Shown: one piece after another, positions 19,732 to 28,603 of the stretch
Position numbering within the stretch: position 1 is the first letter of the stretch
Layout of the letters: every line of letters starts with the position of its first letter
From: Candidatus Caldarchaeales archaeon
Lineage (GTDB): Archaea > Thermoproteota > Nitrososphaeria_A > Caldarchaeales > Wolframiiraptoraceae
Direction: 5' to 3'
Assembly (NCBI GenBank): GCA_039630055.1
Contig: JBCNVN010000002.1
Coordinates: forward strand, 76,836-140,835
Length of the DNA stretch: 64,000 nt
Notes under the pieces: generated by a model
The model's input: the letters and a program-made list of their open reading frames with translations, nothing else
Database searches by the model: none
Told to the model about the DNA's origin: nothing
Translations under genes and position numbers: made by a program

Positions 19732-20284
19732 AGATTCTAGAGATGTCTTGCCTAGAATAGAGGCTCTACTATTTGCATCATCTAAACCCGTAGAGATGAG
19801 AGAACTTATGAGTATCTCTGGATTGAGAAAAAGAGAGAAGATATTTTCTGCTATAAAAGAGTTAAAGGAAAAGTATGGAGGAGATAAGAGTGCTGTCGAG
19901 CTAATAGAACTTCCAGGTGAGAGATTTTATCTAAGATTGAAAAAAGATTACTATGATTTAGTTAAAAAGTATGTAAAGAGACCTTTATTCGGGAAGGGTA
20001 TAATGAGGACTTTGTCATTCATAGCATATCATCAGCCTATAGAGCAGAGCAAAGTTGTCATGATTAGAGGTAACTCGGCATATAAGCATATAAAGACCTT
20101 GCTGGAGAAGGGTCTTCTAGAAGCTGAAGACAAAGGTAAGACGAAGATTGTAAAGACTACTCAGCTATTTGCAGACTATCTCGGAGTACCGAACAATCCA
20201 GCCAGCATAAAAAAGATTCTATCATCAAGGCTAGATACTATTAAAGATATAGAGGAGAACACTAGAGCTGGCTCTAAAGAATAA
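19721..20284 (+). CDS. scpB: segregation and condensation protein B
   Basis: TTG start. IEALLFASSKPVEMRELM N-terminus and tandem winged-helix-like layout. 187 aa. Confidence 0.8.
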   Translation: MAGKDSRDVLPRIEALLFASSKPVEMRELMSISGLRKREKIFSAIKELKEKYGGDKSAVELIELPGERFYLRLKKDYYDLVKKYVKRPLFGKGIMRTLSFIAYHQPIEQSKVVMIRGNSAYKHIKTLLEKGLLEAEDKGKTKIVKTTQLFADYLGVPNNPASIKKILSSRLDTIKDIEENTRAGSKE

Positions 20285-20364
20285 GTGTAAGATATAAAGA
20301 CTTTCAAGCTACTAAAACTCATATCATTAAATATAACTATCATCCCATAAGATTATGAATTAGA

Positions 20365-20760
20365 TTGGTCCAGTGGCATTGGGATCTACATAAGAGGAAG
20401 CCATCTGGGGGAAGGAAAAGACCCTATAGGAAGAAGAGAAGACATGATAGAGGTAGTGATCCAACTTTAACATTGATCGGGGAGAGAAAGGTCAAGGTTA
20501 AGAGGGTTAGAGGTGGAGGTATAAAATACGCTCTGACCTCAGACCAGTATGCAAATATCTATAACTCAGAGACGGGTAAGACTCAGAGAGCAAAGATCCT
20601 TAGAGTAGTCTCGAATAAGGCGAATAGAGATTATGAAAGGAGAGGGGTTATAACCAAGGGTTCAATAATAGAGACTGAGATCGGTAAAGCCATAGTAACT
20701 TCTAGACCTGGTCAAGATGGGGTGATCAACGCTATACTACTAGAAAGGGAGAAGAGTTAA
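20365..20760 (+). CDS. rps8e: 30S ribosomal protein S8e
   Basis: HKRKPSGGRKRPYRKKR N-terminus and an RPGQDGVINAILL C-terminal motif. 131 aa. Confidence 0.9.
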   Translation: MVQWHWDLHKRKPSGGRKRPYRKKRRHDRGSDPTLTLIGERKVKVKRVRGGGIKYALTSDQYANIYNSETGKTQRAKILRVVSNKANRDYERRGVITKGSIIETEIGKAIVTSRPGQDGVINAILLEREKS

Positions 20761-20761
20761 C

Positions 20762-21049
20762 ATGATAAAGAAGGATGGATACACGATTTGGCCAGTATAC
20801 TTTGATAAGAATATCCCTAGATCTAGATGTAGACGGGTCAAACTAGATCTAGCGGTTAAGAATCCTTCGATAGAAGATATAGTTAAGGCTGCTGAGAGTC
20901 TCGGATGGGAAGTCAAGGTGGAGAAAGGCTCTTATCCATCTATGTGGTGGATCAAGACGGGTAAAGTATTGGTGAAACCGGACAAATCTATGAGTAAGAA
21001 CTCTCTTATTAAGACGCTGGCCCAGAGACTTAAAGTACTCTCTAAATGA
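20762..21049 (+). CDS. srp19: signal recognition particle protein SRP19
   Basis: IWPVYFDKNIPRSRCRRV motif. 95 aa. Starts 1 nt after the S8e stop. Confidence 0.85.
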   Translation: MIKKDGYTIWPVYFDKNIPRSRCRRVKLDLAVKNPSIEDIVKAAESLGWEVKVEKGSYPSMWWIKTGKVLVKPDKSMSKNSLIKTLAQRLKVLSK

Positions 21050-21340
21050 GTGAAAGTAAAACTTAAAGTTTTGATGGGAAAAGGGTTGCTTGTGGCCCGT
21101 AAGCCTAATCTATCGAGGCTAGGTACTTTATGGAAGACTGTAAATAGAAGTCTAGTGATAGAATGTGAGAAAACACCTAGAATTGGTTCAAAGATATATG
21201 ACAAATCATTAAGAGAGGTAGGTATTGTCGTGAATGTTTTCGGACCGATCTCACAACCATTCGCAGAGATAAGAGTAATGAACAATTTGAAGTATCCTAT
21301 TGGAGAAGTCTTCTATATAATGGAAAGGGTTAAGAAATGA
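21050..21340 (+). CDS. gar1: H/ACA RNP component Gar1
   Basis: GTG start directly after the SRP19 stop. IGSKIYDKSLREVGIVVNVFGPISQPFAEIRV is the Gar1 core barrel motif. Confidence 0.8.
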   Translation: MKVKLKVLMGKGLLVARKPNLSRLGTLWKTVNRSLVIECEKTPRIGSKIYDKSLREVGIVVNVFGPISQPFAEIRVMNNLKYPIGEVFYIMERVKK

Positions 21341-22197
21341 ATGATCCAAGATTTTGTATACATTGTAAAAAAGATATCTTGGTAGAAGATGAAATAGGTG
21401 GAGAGGTGGTCTGCCCAAATTGTGGCCACGTGATTATAGATAAGGTCTTAGATAGAGGACCTGAATGGAGGGTATACGGCTCAGTAGATGATAGTAGAGA
21501 GAGGGTTGGAGCCCCCCTAACATACTTGATCCATGATATGGGGCTATCAACCATAGTATCAGAAGAAAAAGATGAAGTAAACAGTATCTCTAAGATCTTA
21601 AAGAAGAATATCTTTCAAAGCGGTGATAGAATATTGATAAAGACATTGTCCATGATACACAATCTTTCTTCAAAGACTGGGTTACCAGATAATGTTGAAG
21701 AAAATGCTGCACTAATCGTTAGGCGTGCTTGGAGAAGAGGTATGAATTTTGGAAGAAGGTATAAGGCAGTGGCCGCTGCATCACTCTATGCTTCATGTAA
21801 GATGTTCTCAATACCTAGAACTATGGAAGACTTCGCAAATATTTATGGTGTGAGTAGGAGAGCTCTCTGGAACGCTTATAGAAGTTTGAATGAGATAGTA
21901 AAGCTGAAGAAGGAGGTTTCAGAGATCGATACCGTAATATCTAAGATCGTTAATCGACTGAGGTTGAGAGGCGATGTAGAGAGGCTTGCAGTAGAGATTA
22001 TTAAAACTGTGAGAGAATTCCGATTGGTAGACGGTAGAAAACCAGAAAGTCTAGCAGCAGCATCAGTCTATATAGCTGCTAGAAGATTGGGGTTTAGACT
22101 AAGCCAGAGAAGATTAGCGGATATTGCTTCTATAACTGAGGGGACACTTAGAAATAGATATAAAGAACTATTGAAGGTTCTGGATGGCAAGATCTAG
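21337..22197 (+). CDS. tfb: transcription initiation factor IIB (TFB)
   Basis: N-terminal zinc ribbon CIHCKK...CPNCG, a GPEWRVY B-linker region and two cyclin-like repeats. ATGA overlap with the gar1 stop. Confidence 0.92.
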   Translation: MNDPRFCIHCKKDILVEDEIGGEVVCPNCGHVIIDKVLDRGPEWRVYGSVDDSRERVGAPLTYLIHDMGLSTIVSEEKDEVNSISKILKKNIFQSGDRILIKTLSMIHNLSSKTGLPDNVEENAALIVRRAWRRGMNFGRRYKAVAAASLYASCKMFSIPRTMEDFANIYGVSRRALWNAYRSLNEIVKLKKEVSEIDTVISKIVNRLRLRGDVERLAVEIIKTVREFRLVDGRKPESLAAASVYIAARRLGFRLSQRRLADIASITEGTLRNRYKELLKVLDGKI

Positions 22198-22329
22198 ATC
22201 TCTTCTAATTAAGTAGTGGTGAATGTACCTATACCGAATAGGACTGGATGATGCTGTCTACAGCTAAATTCAACTTATAAGGTTTATAATCGGTCAATAC
22301 ATAAATAGACCCATATATCCATCTATAGA

Positions 22330-22737
22330 TTGGTGTATTTTTTGCCTCAGAAAATAAGTAGGCTTGAAGAGAAAGCTATAAAGCTTCTTCTTAAATATGA
22401 AGATAGGGGGCTACTCCAATCTGAACTATGGCATAAACTAGGAGTAACTAGTAGGGAAGGTTCGAGAATAGCTATAAAGCTTGAGAAGAAGGGGATAGTC
22501 AGGAGAGTTAAAGAATTTGCTAAAGATAGATGGACTAGGAGGCTTGTCCCACTTATTAGGCAGGTAACCCTCGGACCGATAAAAGGTGCCCCATGCCCCT
22601 CCTGCATGTATAATAATGTATGTGGTAGGAGGGGAACGGTCTCTCCAAATACATGTATATGGATCGAGGAATGGGTCATCACCTCATACAAGACTTCGAG
22701 ACCGGTAAAGAAGGGTGAAGCTATATTTACTTCTTAA
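22330..22737 (+). CDS. winged-helix DNA-binding protein with a Cys-rich C-terminal region
   Basis: LLQSELWHKLGVTSREGSRIAIKLEKKGIVRRV looks like a wHTH. The C-terminal part reads CPSCMYNNVCGRRGTVSPNTC. Confidence 0.5.
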   Translation: MVYFLPQKISRLEEKAIKLLLKYEDRGLLQSELWHKLGVTSREGSRIAIKLEKKGIVRRVKEFAKDRWTRRLVPLIRQVTLGPIKGAPCPSCMYNNVCGRRGTVSPNTCIWIEEWVITSYKTSRPVKKGEAIFTS

Positions 22738-22957
22738 AAGATTAGAGTATAGATTTTGGCATTACATTACGGGATGTACCATCTTTTATGTAGCTCTACT
22801 GAGAATTTGCCCGCACATATTATAGCAGATAGTCTACATGTTTACAATATTTCTCCTGGAAATCTTACTGTTTAAGTTTAAAGATTTGAACTTCATGAAT
22901 TGAGATCCGGTAGGACAAGCCTATAAAGATAACCGGTCTTCTCTGAGTCAATATTTC

Positions 22958-23566
22958 TCAAATCTTCTCTTTTCCTATTAGATAGAGTTCTGAGCTGGTC
23001 TTCCTAGTAGCAGAGGGGATAAATCTCTTTACATAATTAAAAGATTTCTTGATCTCTTCTTCAAGAAGTTTTAATCTATCACATTCAAATCCTTTAAGCA
23101 TTATCGATCCCCCTTTCTTAACTATATCCAAAGATATCTTATAGGCTCTCTCAGTAAGCTCCATCTGCTTCATCATATCTACTTCTCTAACTCCTGTGAA
23201 TTTTGTCGAGGCATCAGAGACCAAGAGATCAGCCTGCCTACCATTCAACGCTTCCAATATCTCTGATACAATATTATCTTCAAAAATATCCGATTCAATT
23301 ATGATTATATTCGGTTCATCAAATCTCTTAAATCTCTTAATATCTACAGCTACTACTAGACCTTCCAGTCCAGTCAATCTCGAAGCTACTTGAGCCATAC
23401 CACCTGGCCATGCTCCCAGTTCAACAACTATCCCCCCACGTCTAATCAACCTAAACCTCTTATCTGCTTCAAGTAATTTATATGCAGCTCTAGATCGATA
23501 ACCTTCAGTCTTTGCTTTTCTCCTATATACATCTCTCCGAGCCTCAATCAGCCAGTTCCTAGCCAA
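22958..23566 (-). CDS. rlmE: 23S rRNA ribose 2'-O-methyltransferase RlmE/FtsJ
   Basis: YRSRAAYKLLEADKRFRLIRRGGIVVELGAWPGGMAQV and the DASTKFTG motif. 202 aa. Confidence 0.88.
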   Translation of the reverse strand: MARNWLIEARRDVYRRKAKTEGYRSRAAYKLLEADKRFRLIRRGGIVVELGAWPGGMAQVASRLTGLEGLVVAVDIKRFKRFDEPNIIIIESDIFEDNIVSEILEALNGRQADLLVSDASTKFTGVREVDMMKQMELTERAYKISLDIVKKGGSIMLKGFECDRLKLLEEEIKKSFNYVKRFIPSATRKTSSELYLIGKEKI

Positions 23567-23671
23567 TCTCTACCCTATCTTCCATCAGATTATGGAGGAT
23601 TTAAGATTGTCCATTGGGAAGAGAAGAAATTTTAAGCTGAGAGGGAGACGGTCTAAGGCATCTGGCCTTTA

Positions 23672-24877
23672 TCAATCATTTCTCAAAGTAGATGTAAATA
23701 TTTCTCTTATCGTCTCTATCGATGCATCAGTTTTGAAGGCGGCTCTATCTAGGTGGGTCAAAGTAGCCCTATACCCCATGTTATTTAATTCTTCTACTAT
23801 TTTTCTTGGTTTGATAGGGTTTACCCTAAAAGTAGATGCGAGGAGATTGACAGGATAATAGCCTATGAGCGATGTATCCTCATGGACTATGTATTCGATA
23901 GTGCTGACTACCTCACTATAGAGATCTCTATCTTCATAGGAATATCTCAGCATCTTTTCAGCTAATTCTCTACTACATAGCTCTCCCAACCATAATGGAC
24001 CTATCGAAGGGATCTCTAAAGAGCATCTACTACACCTACACACAGGAATATCTCCAACCCTAAACACATATATCGATAAACATCTTGAACAATAGGATAA
24101 CCAGCCGATCGATTCGAGAAGCTTCTTAGCCTTCTCGATTCCTGGAGAGACCTTCACAAATACCCTAACATAATAGTCTTTAAGGAATGAGAAGACAGGT
24201 TCCGATGATAATCCTAGTCTGGAGGCTGTCCTAACGACAAAACCGGCAAGTATCCTTACGGCGACCTCTCTTAGAAAAGGGGTCTTAACAGGATATGAGT
24301 CATACTTCCTCAGACATGACCTCGGCTTAGCGCCTGTCAATGCAGATAAGTCTGTTGCAGTAACTCCTAGTACTGAGTTCTTTCCACATCCTCTGAGACC
24401 ATTCTCTAGGAATCTTGAAGGCGACCCTGTAGGATCAATATCAACGTATCTGAATCTTGGTCTACCTCTACCACGAGCGGCTAACAGCTCATTTCCATCA
24501 ATGTTAGAAGCTTCAAGAATCCCTTCTACATTATTTAGTTTCGCATTTATCTTTATCAATTCATATGCGTTACTCGATATATCATTTACTAGAGCATAAT
24601 CTACCAATCCTGTCTCCAAGATCAGTCTGATACTCCTAACACCGGTGCCTGCAAGAGGTTCGCATATACTGATCTTCTCTCCCTCAAAGAAAGCTTTTAA
24701 GAATAGTACCGCCATATCCCTACTAGACCTGGAAGCTGGATTATAGAATACTGGCAGAGATGTAGGTGGATAATTCTTTTTCTCAGGTAACTTGGGGGCT
24801 AGGAAAACCGCCCTCCCCTCTCTTCTGAGCTCAACATCAAAACCAAGAAGTTTTCTATAGTCTTCGCTTATCTCCAT
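23672..24877 (-). CDS. trm1: tRNA (guanine26-N2)-dimethyltransferase Trm1
   Basis: VFYNPASRSSRDMAV, ICEPLAGTGVRSIR and VDIDPTGSP motifs, plus a C-terminal Cys cluster (CSRC...CRCSRC). Confidence 0.88.
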   Translation of the reverse strand: MEISEDYRKLLGFDVELRREGRAVFLAPKLPEKKNYPPTSLPVFYNPASRSSRDMAVLFLKAFFEGEKISICEPLAGTGVRSIRLILETGLVDYALVNDISSNAYELIKINAKLNNVEGILEASNIDGNELLAARGRGRPRFRYVDIDPTGSPSRFLENGLRGCGKNSVLGVTATDLSALTGAKPRSCLRKYDSYPVKTPFLREVAVRILAGFVVRTASRLGLSSEPVFSFLKDYYVRVFVKVSPGIEKAKKLLESIGWLSYCSRCLSIYVFRVGDIPVCRCSRCSLEIPSIGPLWLGELCSRELAEKMLRYSYEDRDLYSEVVSTIEYIVHEDTSLIGYYPVNLLASTFRVNPIKPRKIVEELNNMGYRATLTHLDRAAFKTDASIETIREIFTSTLRND

Positions 24878-25081
24878 ATGTTCATCTCAAAATCGATCTA
24901 GGATTTGCTTTGATAAGTATTTTCTGAATACTGCTACTACTCCATAAGATCTAAATCGTCATCTAAGAAGGAGGTTATTGGTGCATCATGTGTGTAAAGA
25001 TGGGATTATAATCCAGGTCTGTAATCATGAATTGAAAAAGAGTTAAATTTAATCTAAAAATCTATAGTTTTAGAAAGATAT

Positions 25082-25522
25082 ATGAGTGGAGATTATTTTG
25101 AGAAGGATATTAGAAGAGTTATTGATAAGATGGCTAGAGATCTCACGAGAATCATAGAGTCGACAATCTCATATGCTAAATCGCCTCTAGAATTGATTTA
25201 TGGAGAATTTAGACGCCCATATTCAGAAACCTACACAACAGAAGATGAGATAGTAGTGGTTGTAGAGATGCCTGGAGCATCGAAGGAGATGATAGACTTG
25301 AAGATTGGAGAAGATTATGTTGAGGTTGAGGGAAGATTTGCAGAAGAGTTAACTAAGCAAGCTCCAAGATATACCATCTTCAAGGCGAAAGGATATAAGA
25401 CGAGGATAATGCTTCCAAGGAAGGTTAGAGGAGAAGATGCTAAAGCTGTATATAGGGATGGTCTACTCATAGCCAAGATACCGATCGAGAAACCGAAAGG
25501 TATAACGGTGAAAATAGAATAA
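25082..25522 (+). CDS. small heat-shock protein (Hsp20/alpha-crystallin family)
   Basis: The alpha-crystallin core DEIVVVVEMPGASKEMIDLKI...AVYRDGLLIAKIP. 146 aa. Confidence 0.8.
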   Translation: MSGDYFEKDIRRVIDKMARDLTRIIESTISYAKSPLELIYGEFRRPYSETYTTEDEIVVVVEMPGASKEMIDLKIGEDYVEVEGRFAEELTKQAPRYTIFKAKGYKTRIMLPRKVRGEDAKAVYRDGLLIAKIPIEKPKGITVKIE

Positions 25523-25658
25523 TCAGAGAATCTCGTAATATTGCTGAAAAATGCTGCCATCATAATGTTTAACTCTAGATCCAGATTATCTCTATTAATA
25601 TCCGTCTTGATCCATTGATAAGAAAAATTTTTCATATAGTTTATGGATAATAATATCG

Positions 25659-26369
25659 ATGACTGAGTTATTATATCTAACTGATTGTTATCTTAAAAAT
25701 TTTGAAGCTAGAGTTGTGGAAGTATTTAGCGATAGCATAGTTTTAGATAGGACAGCATTCTATCCTGAGGGAGGTGGTCAACCTAGCGATACAGGATGGA
25801 TTGAGTGGGAAGACAAAAAGGCAGAGGTAAAACATGTTTACAAGAAAGATGATCTTGTACATCATACCTTGAGCGGCCCCTTTCCCGATAAAGATGTAAT
25901 TGTTAGAGGATGGATAGATTGGGAGAGAAGATATAAGCATATGCGATATCATACCGCTCTTCACATAATTGCAGGAGTAGTCCATCATCTCTACAGTTCA
26001 ACTATAACTGGAAGTCAGATAAGTGAAGATAAAGCAAGGATAGATTTTACTTTGGAAGATCTAAGTAGGGAGAGGGTGGAGAGGGTTGAACAAGAGGCGA
26101 ATAAGATTGTTGAAGAAGGAAGACAAGTCACGATTAGGTTTATTAATAGGGAGACGTTGGTGGAAAACCCTCAGCTCATCCGGATAAAGCCAGAGCTTAT
26201 ACCAGATATGCCAGTCCTAAGAGTAATAGAGATTGAAGGGTTTGATGCTCAGCTCGATGGTGGAACTCATGTCTCAAATACTAGAGAGGTAGGCAAGATC
26301 AAGATTGTGAAGACTATCAATAAGGGAAAATTCAATAAGAGAATAGAGATAAATTTAGAGGAGATTTAG
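25659..26369 (+). CDS. alaX: alanyl-tRNA editing protein AlaX (AlaX-M type)
   Basis: The HTALHIIAG and DGGTHV zinc/editing motifs of the second additional domain of Ala/Thr tRNA synthetases. 236 aa. Confidence 0.85.
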   Translation: MTELLYLTDCYLKNFEARVVEVFSDSIVLDRTAFYPEGGGQPSDTGWIEWEDKKAEVKHVYKKDDLVHHTLSGPFPDKDVIVRGWIDWERRYKHMRYHTALHIIAGVVHHLYSSTITGSQISEDKARIDFTLEDLSRERVERVEQEANKIVEEGRQVTIRFINRETLVENPQLIRIKPELIPDMPVLRVIEIEGFDAQLDGGTHVSNTREVGKIKIVKTINKGKFNKRIEINLEEI

Positions 26370-26439
26370 GGAGGGTTGTGATACGAAGATAGTAGCAGGC
26401 CCAGCATCTACAGAGATTGCTTCCAAGATCTCGAAGACA

Positions 26440-27258
26440 ATGAATAAAAATCTAATCAATATCGATTATAAGCTCTTCCCTGATTCAGAAAACTATGTGA
26501 GAATACTTGAAGACGTTGAGGGAGAAGATGTAGTGTTAGTCCAAGGGATGCATCCACCGCAAGACAGACATATAGTTCAGATATGCCTGATAGTAGATTT
26601 ATTACTAGACTTAGGAGCTAGGTCTGTTAAGCTTGTCTCACCCTACTTAGCATATACTAGACAAGATAAGAGATTTCTAAATGGAGAAGCTATAAGCTTT
26701 AGAACGATATTGAAGATGTTACGTGACATCGGTTTGGAAAAGATCTATACAGTTAACATACATTGCCCTTGGATTATTCCCGAATCACCCATACCAATAA
26801 TAGATCTTAGGGGAGAGATACCTCTAGCTATGCATATTAAGAAAGATAGACTTGATAATCCTGTTGTAGTCTCTGTGGGGAAGAGGGGGCTAGAGATGGC
26901 AAGGATGGTTGCAGAAGCTCTCGGAGTAAATTATACCTCTGCCATCTCTGAGAGAGATAGACTCACAGGCAATGTTAGGGTAGAGCTCGATGGACTTCCA
27001 GGAAAGGAAGCAATAATAGTGGATGATATAATCAGTACTGGAGGAACAATGATCCAGCTGGTAAAGATCTTAAGAGAGAGGGGATTTAGAAAGATCTATG
27101 CAACGTGTATTCATGCACTACTCGTTGGAGATGCAGCAGAAAGAATATTCAACGCAGGAGCGGAGAGGATAATCTCGTCAGATACTATTCCAAACAAGTA
27201 TGCAGATTTTAGTGTCGCCGAACTGATAGCGGAAGCATTGAAGAAAGATAATGAATAG
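26440..27258 (+). CDS. prs: ribose-phosphate pyrophosphokinase (PRPP synthase); the true N-terminus probably lies upstream of the first ATG
   Basis: FPDSENYVRI, YLAYTRQDKRF and the PRPP loop IVDDIISTGGTM. In-frame sequence upstream (26380-26439, DTKIVAGPASTEIASKISKT) looks like the conserved Prs N-terminus but contains no ATG/GTG/TTG (see findings). Confidence 0.88.
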   Translation: MNKNLINIDYKLFPDSENYVRILEDVEGEDVVLVQGMHPPQDRHIVQICLIVDLLLDLGARSVKLVSPYLAYTRQDKRFLNGEAISFRTILKMLRDIGLEKIYTVNIHCPWIIPESPIPIIDLRGEIPLAMHIKKDRLDNPVVVSVGKRGLEMARMVAEALGVNYTSAISERDRLTGNVRVELDGLPGKEAIIVDDIISTGGTMIQLVKILRERGFRKIYATCIHALLVGDAAERIFNAGAERIISSDTIPNKYADFSVAELIAEALKKDNE

Positions 27259-28282
27259 GAGATTCTTCTTTCTATTATCAGGGTTTCATGAAGAACTGCC
27301 ATTCGCTGAGTTACGTGCAACGTTCGATCTCCTTGACCCCGAATATAGAATAGTTGAGAGTAATGGTAGGGTTGTCATCGTAGAAACATCGTATAAGGTT
27401 GCTAACAAGATAGTTGAGAGAACAGCTTATACCAAATTATCCGCCATACTTCTCTCTGAAACATCTACAGATGAAAAAGAGATTACCTCATCATTCGATA
27501 CCTCAGTTCTTAGAAATTTTCTGTCTCCAGACTCGAGAATAGCTGTTAGAGGTTTCTCATATGGAGGCGCGTCGATAGATAAAAACTATTTGGAAAAGAA
27601 GCTGGGGAGTAAGATAGTTGAGGAGATACCGTTCTTAAGAGTTGATTTGATGAACCCGGAATATATAATAGTCTTCATAGCTTCTCCTGAAAGAACCTAT
27701 CTGGGAATTCTGGTAAATGTCAAGCCTAAGAAGTTCTTCTATCCTAGAGCAGCTGGTAGAAGACCTTTCTCCATCCCTCCAGCTATGCAGCCTGACCTTT
27801 CTAGATGTCTAATAAACTTGAGTAGGACTAGGTTGGGTGGAAGGATTCTTGACTCTTTCGCCGGGACAGGCGGGATAATGATCGAGGGGATATTGCTCGG
27901 ATATGAAGTATACGGTGTCGAGTTGAAGAAGTGGATAGCTAAAGGAGCCTTGAAGAATCTTAAGCATTTCACACCATCACTAGAGAATATTATTGTAGGA
28001 GATGCTAGAAACCTGATGTTTAGAAGATGTTTTGATAGTATAGTTACAGATCCACCGTATGGAAGGTCTACAACCATTCCAGACAGATCTCTAATCAACC
28101 TCATTACTATCTTCTTCCAAAAATGTGGAGAATACTTGAAAGAGGGAGGATGCATAACCATCGTATCACCCGAAGGTATCCATATCGAAGATGTAGCCTC
28201 TTCAGCTGGATATTCTCTGAGAGAAGCATATAGGATAAGAGTACATAAAAACTTGACTAGGAGAATTACAATATTTTCTTAA
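27251..28282 (+). CDS. trm11: THUMP-domain tRNA (guanine10-N2)-methyltransferase (Trm11/Trm-G10-like)
   Basis: An N-terminal THUMP-like region followed by class I methyltransferase motifs DSFAGTGGIMIEG and the DPPYG catalytic motif. Overlaps the prs stop by 8 nt. Confidence 0.75.
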   Translation: MNRRFFFLLSGFHEELPFAELRATFDLLDPEYRIVESNGRVVIVETSYKVANKIVERTAYTKLSAILLSETSTDEKEITSSFDTSVLRNFLSPDSRIAVRGFSYGGASIDKNYLEKKLGSKIVEEIPFLRVDLMNPEYIIVFIASPERTYLGILVNVKPKKFFYPRAAGRRPFSIPPAMQPDLSRCLINLSRTRLGGRILDSFAGTGGIMIEGILLGYEVYGVELKKWIAKGALKNLKHFTPSLENIIVGDARNLMFRRCFDSIVTDPPYGRSTTIPDRSLINLITIFFQKCGEYLKEGGCITIVSPEGIHIEDVASSAGYSLREAYRIRVHKNLTRRITIFS

Positions 28283-28603
28283 CATATCATGATAAGCTAC
28301 TGTACACATAAGATTGTTATTTAAAGATTAGACAGCCTCTATTCTCTTTTTGCGATACTTCCAACTTAAAGTTTAGATTGTTTGATACTTTATTCGGGAT
28401 CATATCTAGGGTATAATAGATAATTCGGGATATCTCAGGCTAAAGCATGTAGCAGAAGCTTATTTTAACATTACTTCTTCATCTTTAAACATTTTCTTAC
28501 GTTTTCTCCTTACTCTAGGACTTAAACCTACGTGATCTAGATGGCTCATTATTTTTATTACCGACATATATATATCACTAGATTCTAGGTCATGTGAGGC
28601 AAT

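Noticed and set aside
22225-22275. C/D-like strings GUGGUGA...CGAA...AUGAUGC...CUAA downstream of tfb, with similar partial matches at 47200-47260, 7803-7830 and 39250-39300
   Set aside because: The D box lacks the essential GA (CUAA or UAAA), or no CUGA occurs at the required ~12-nt spacing. These are probably chance matches of short A/T/G-rich motifs.
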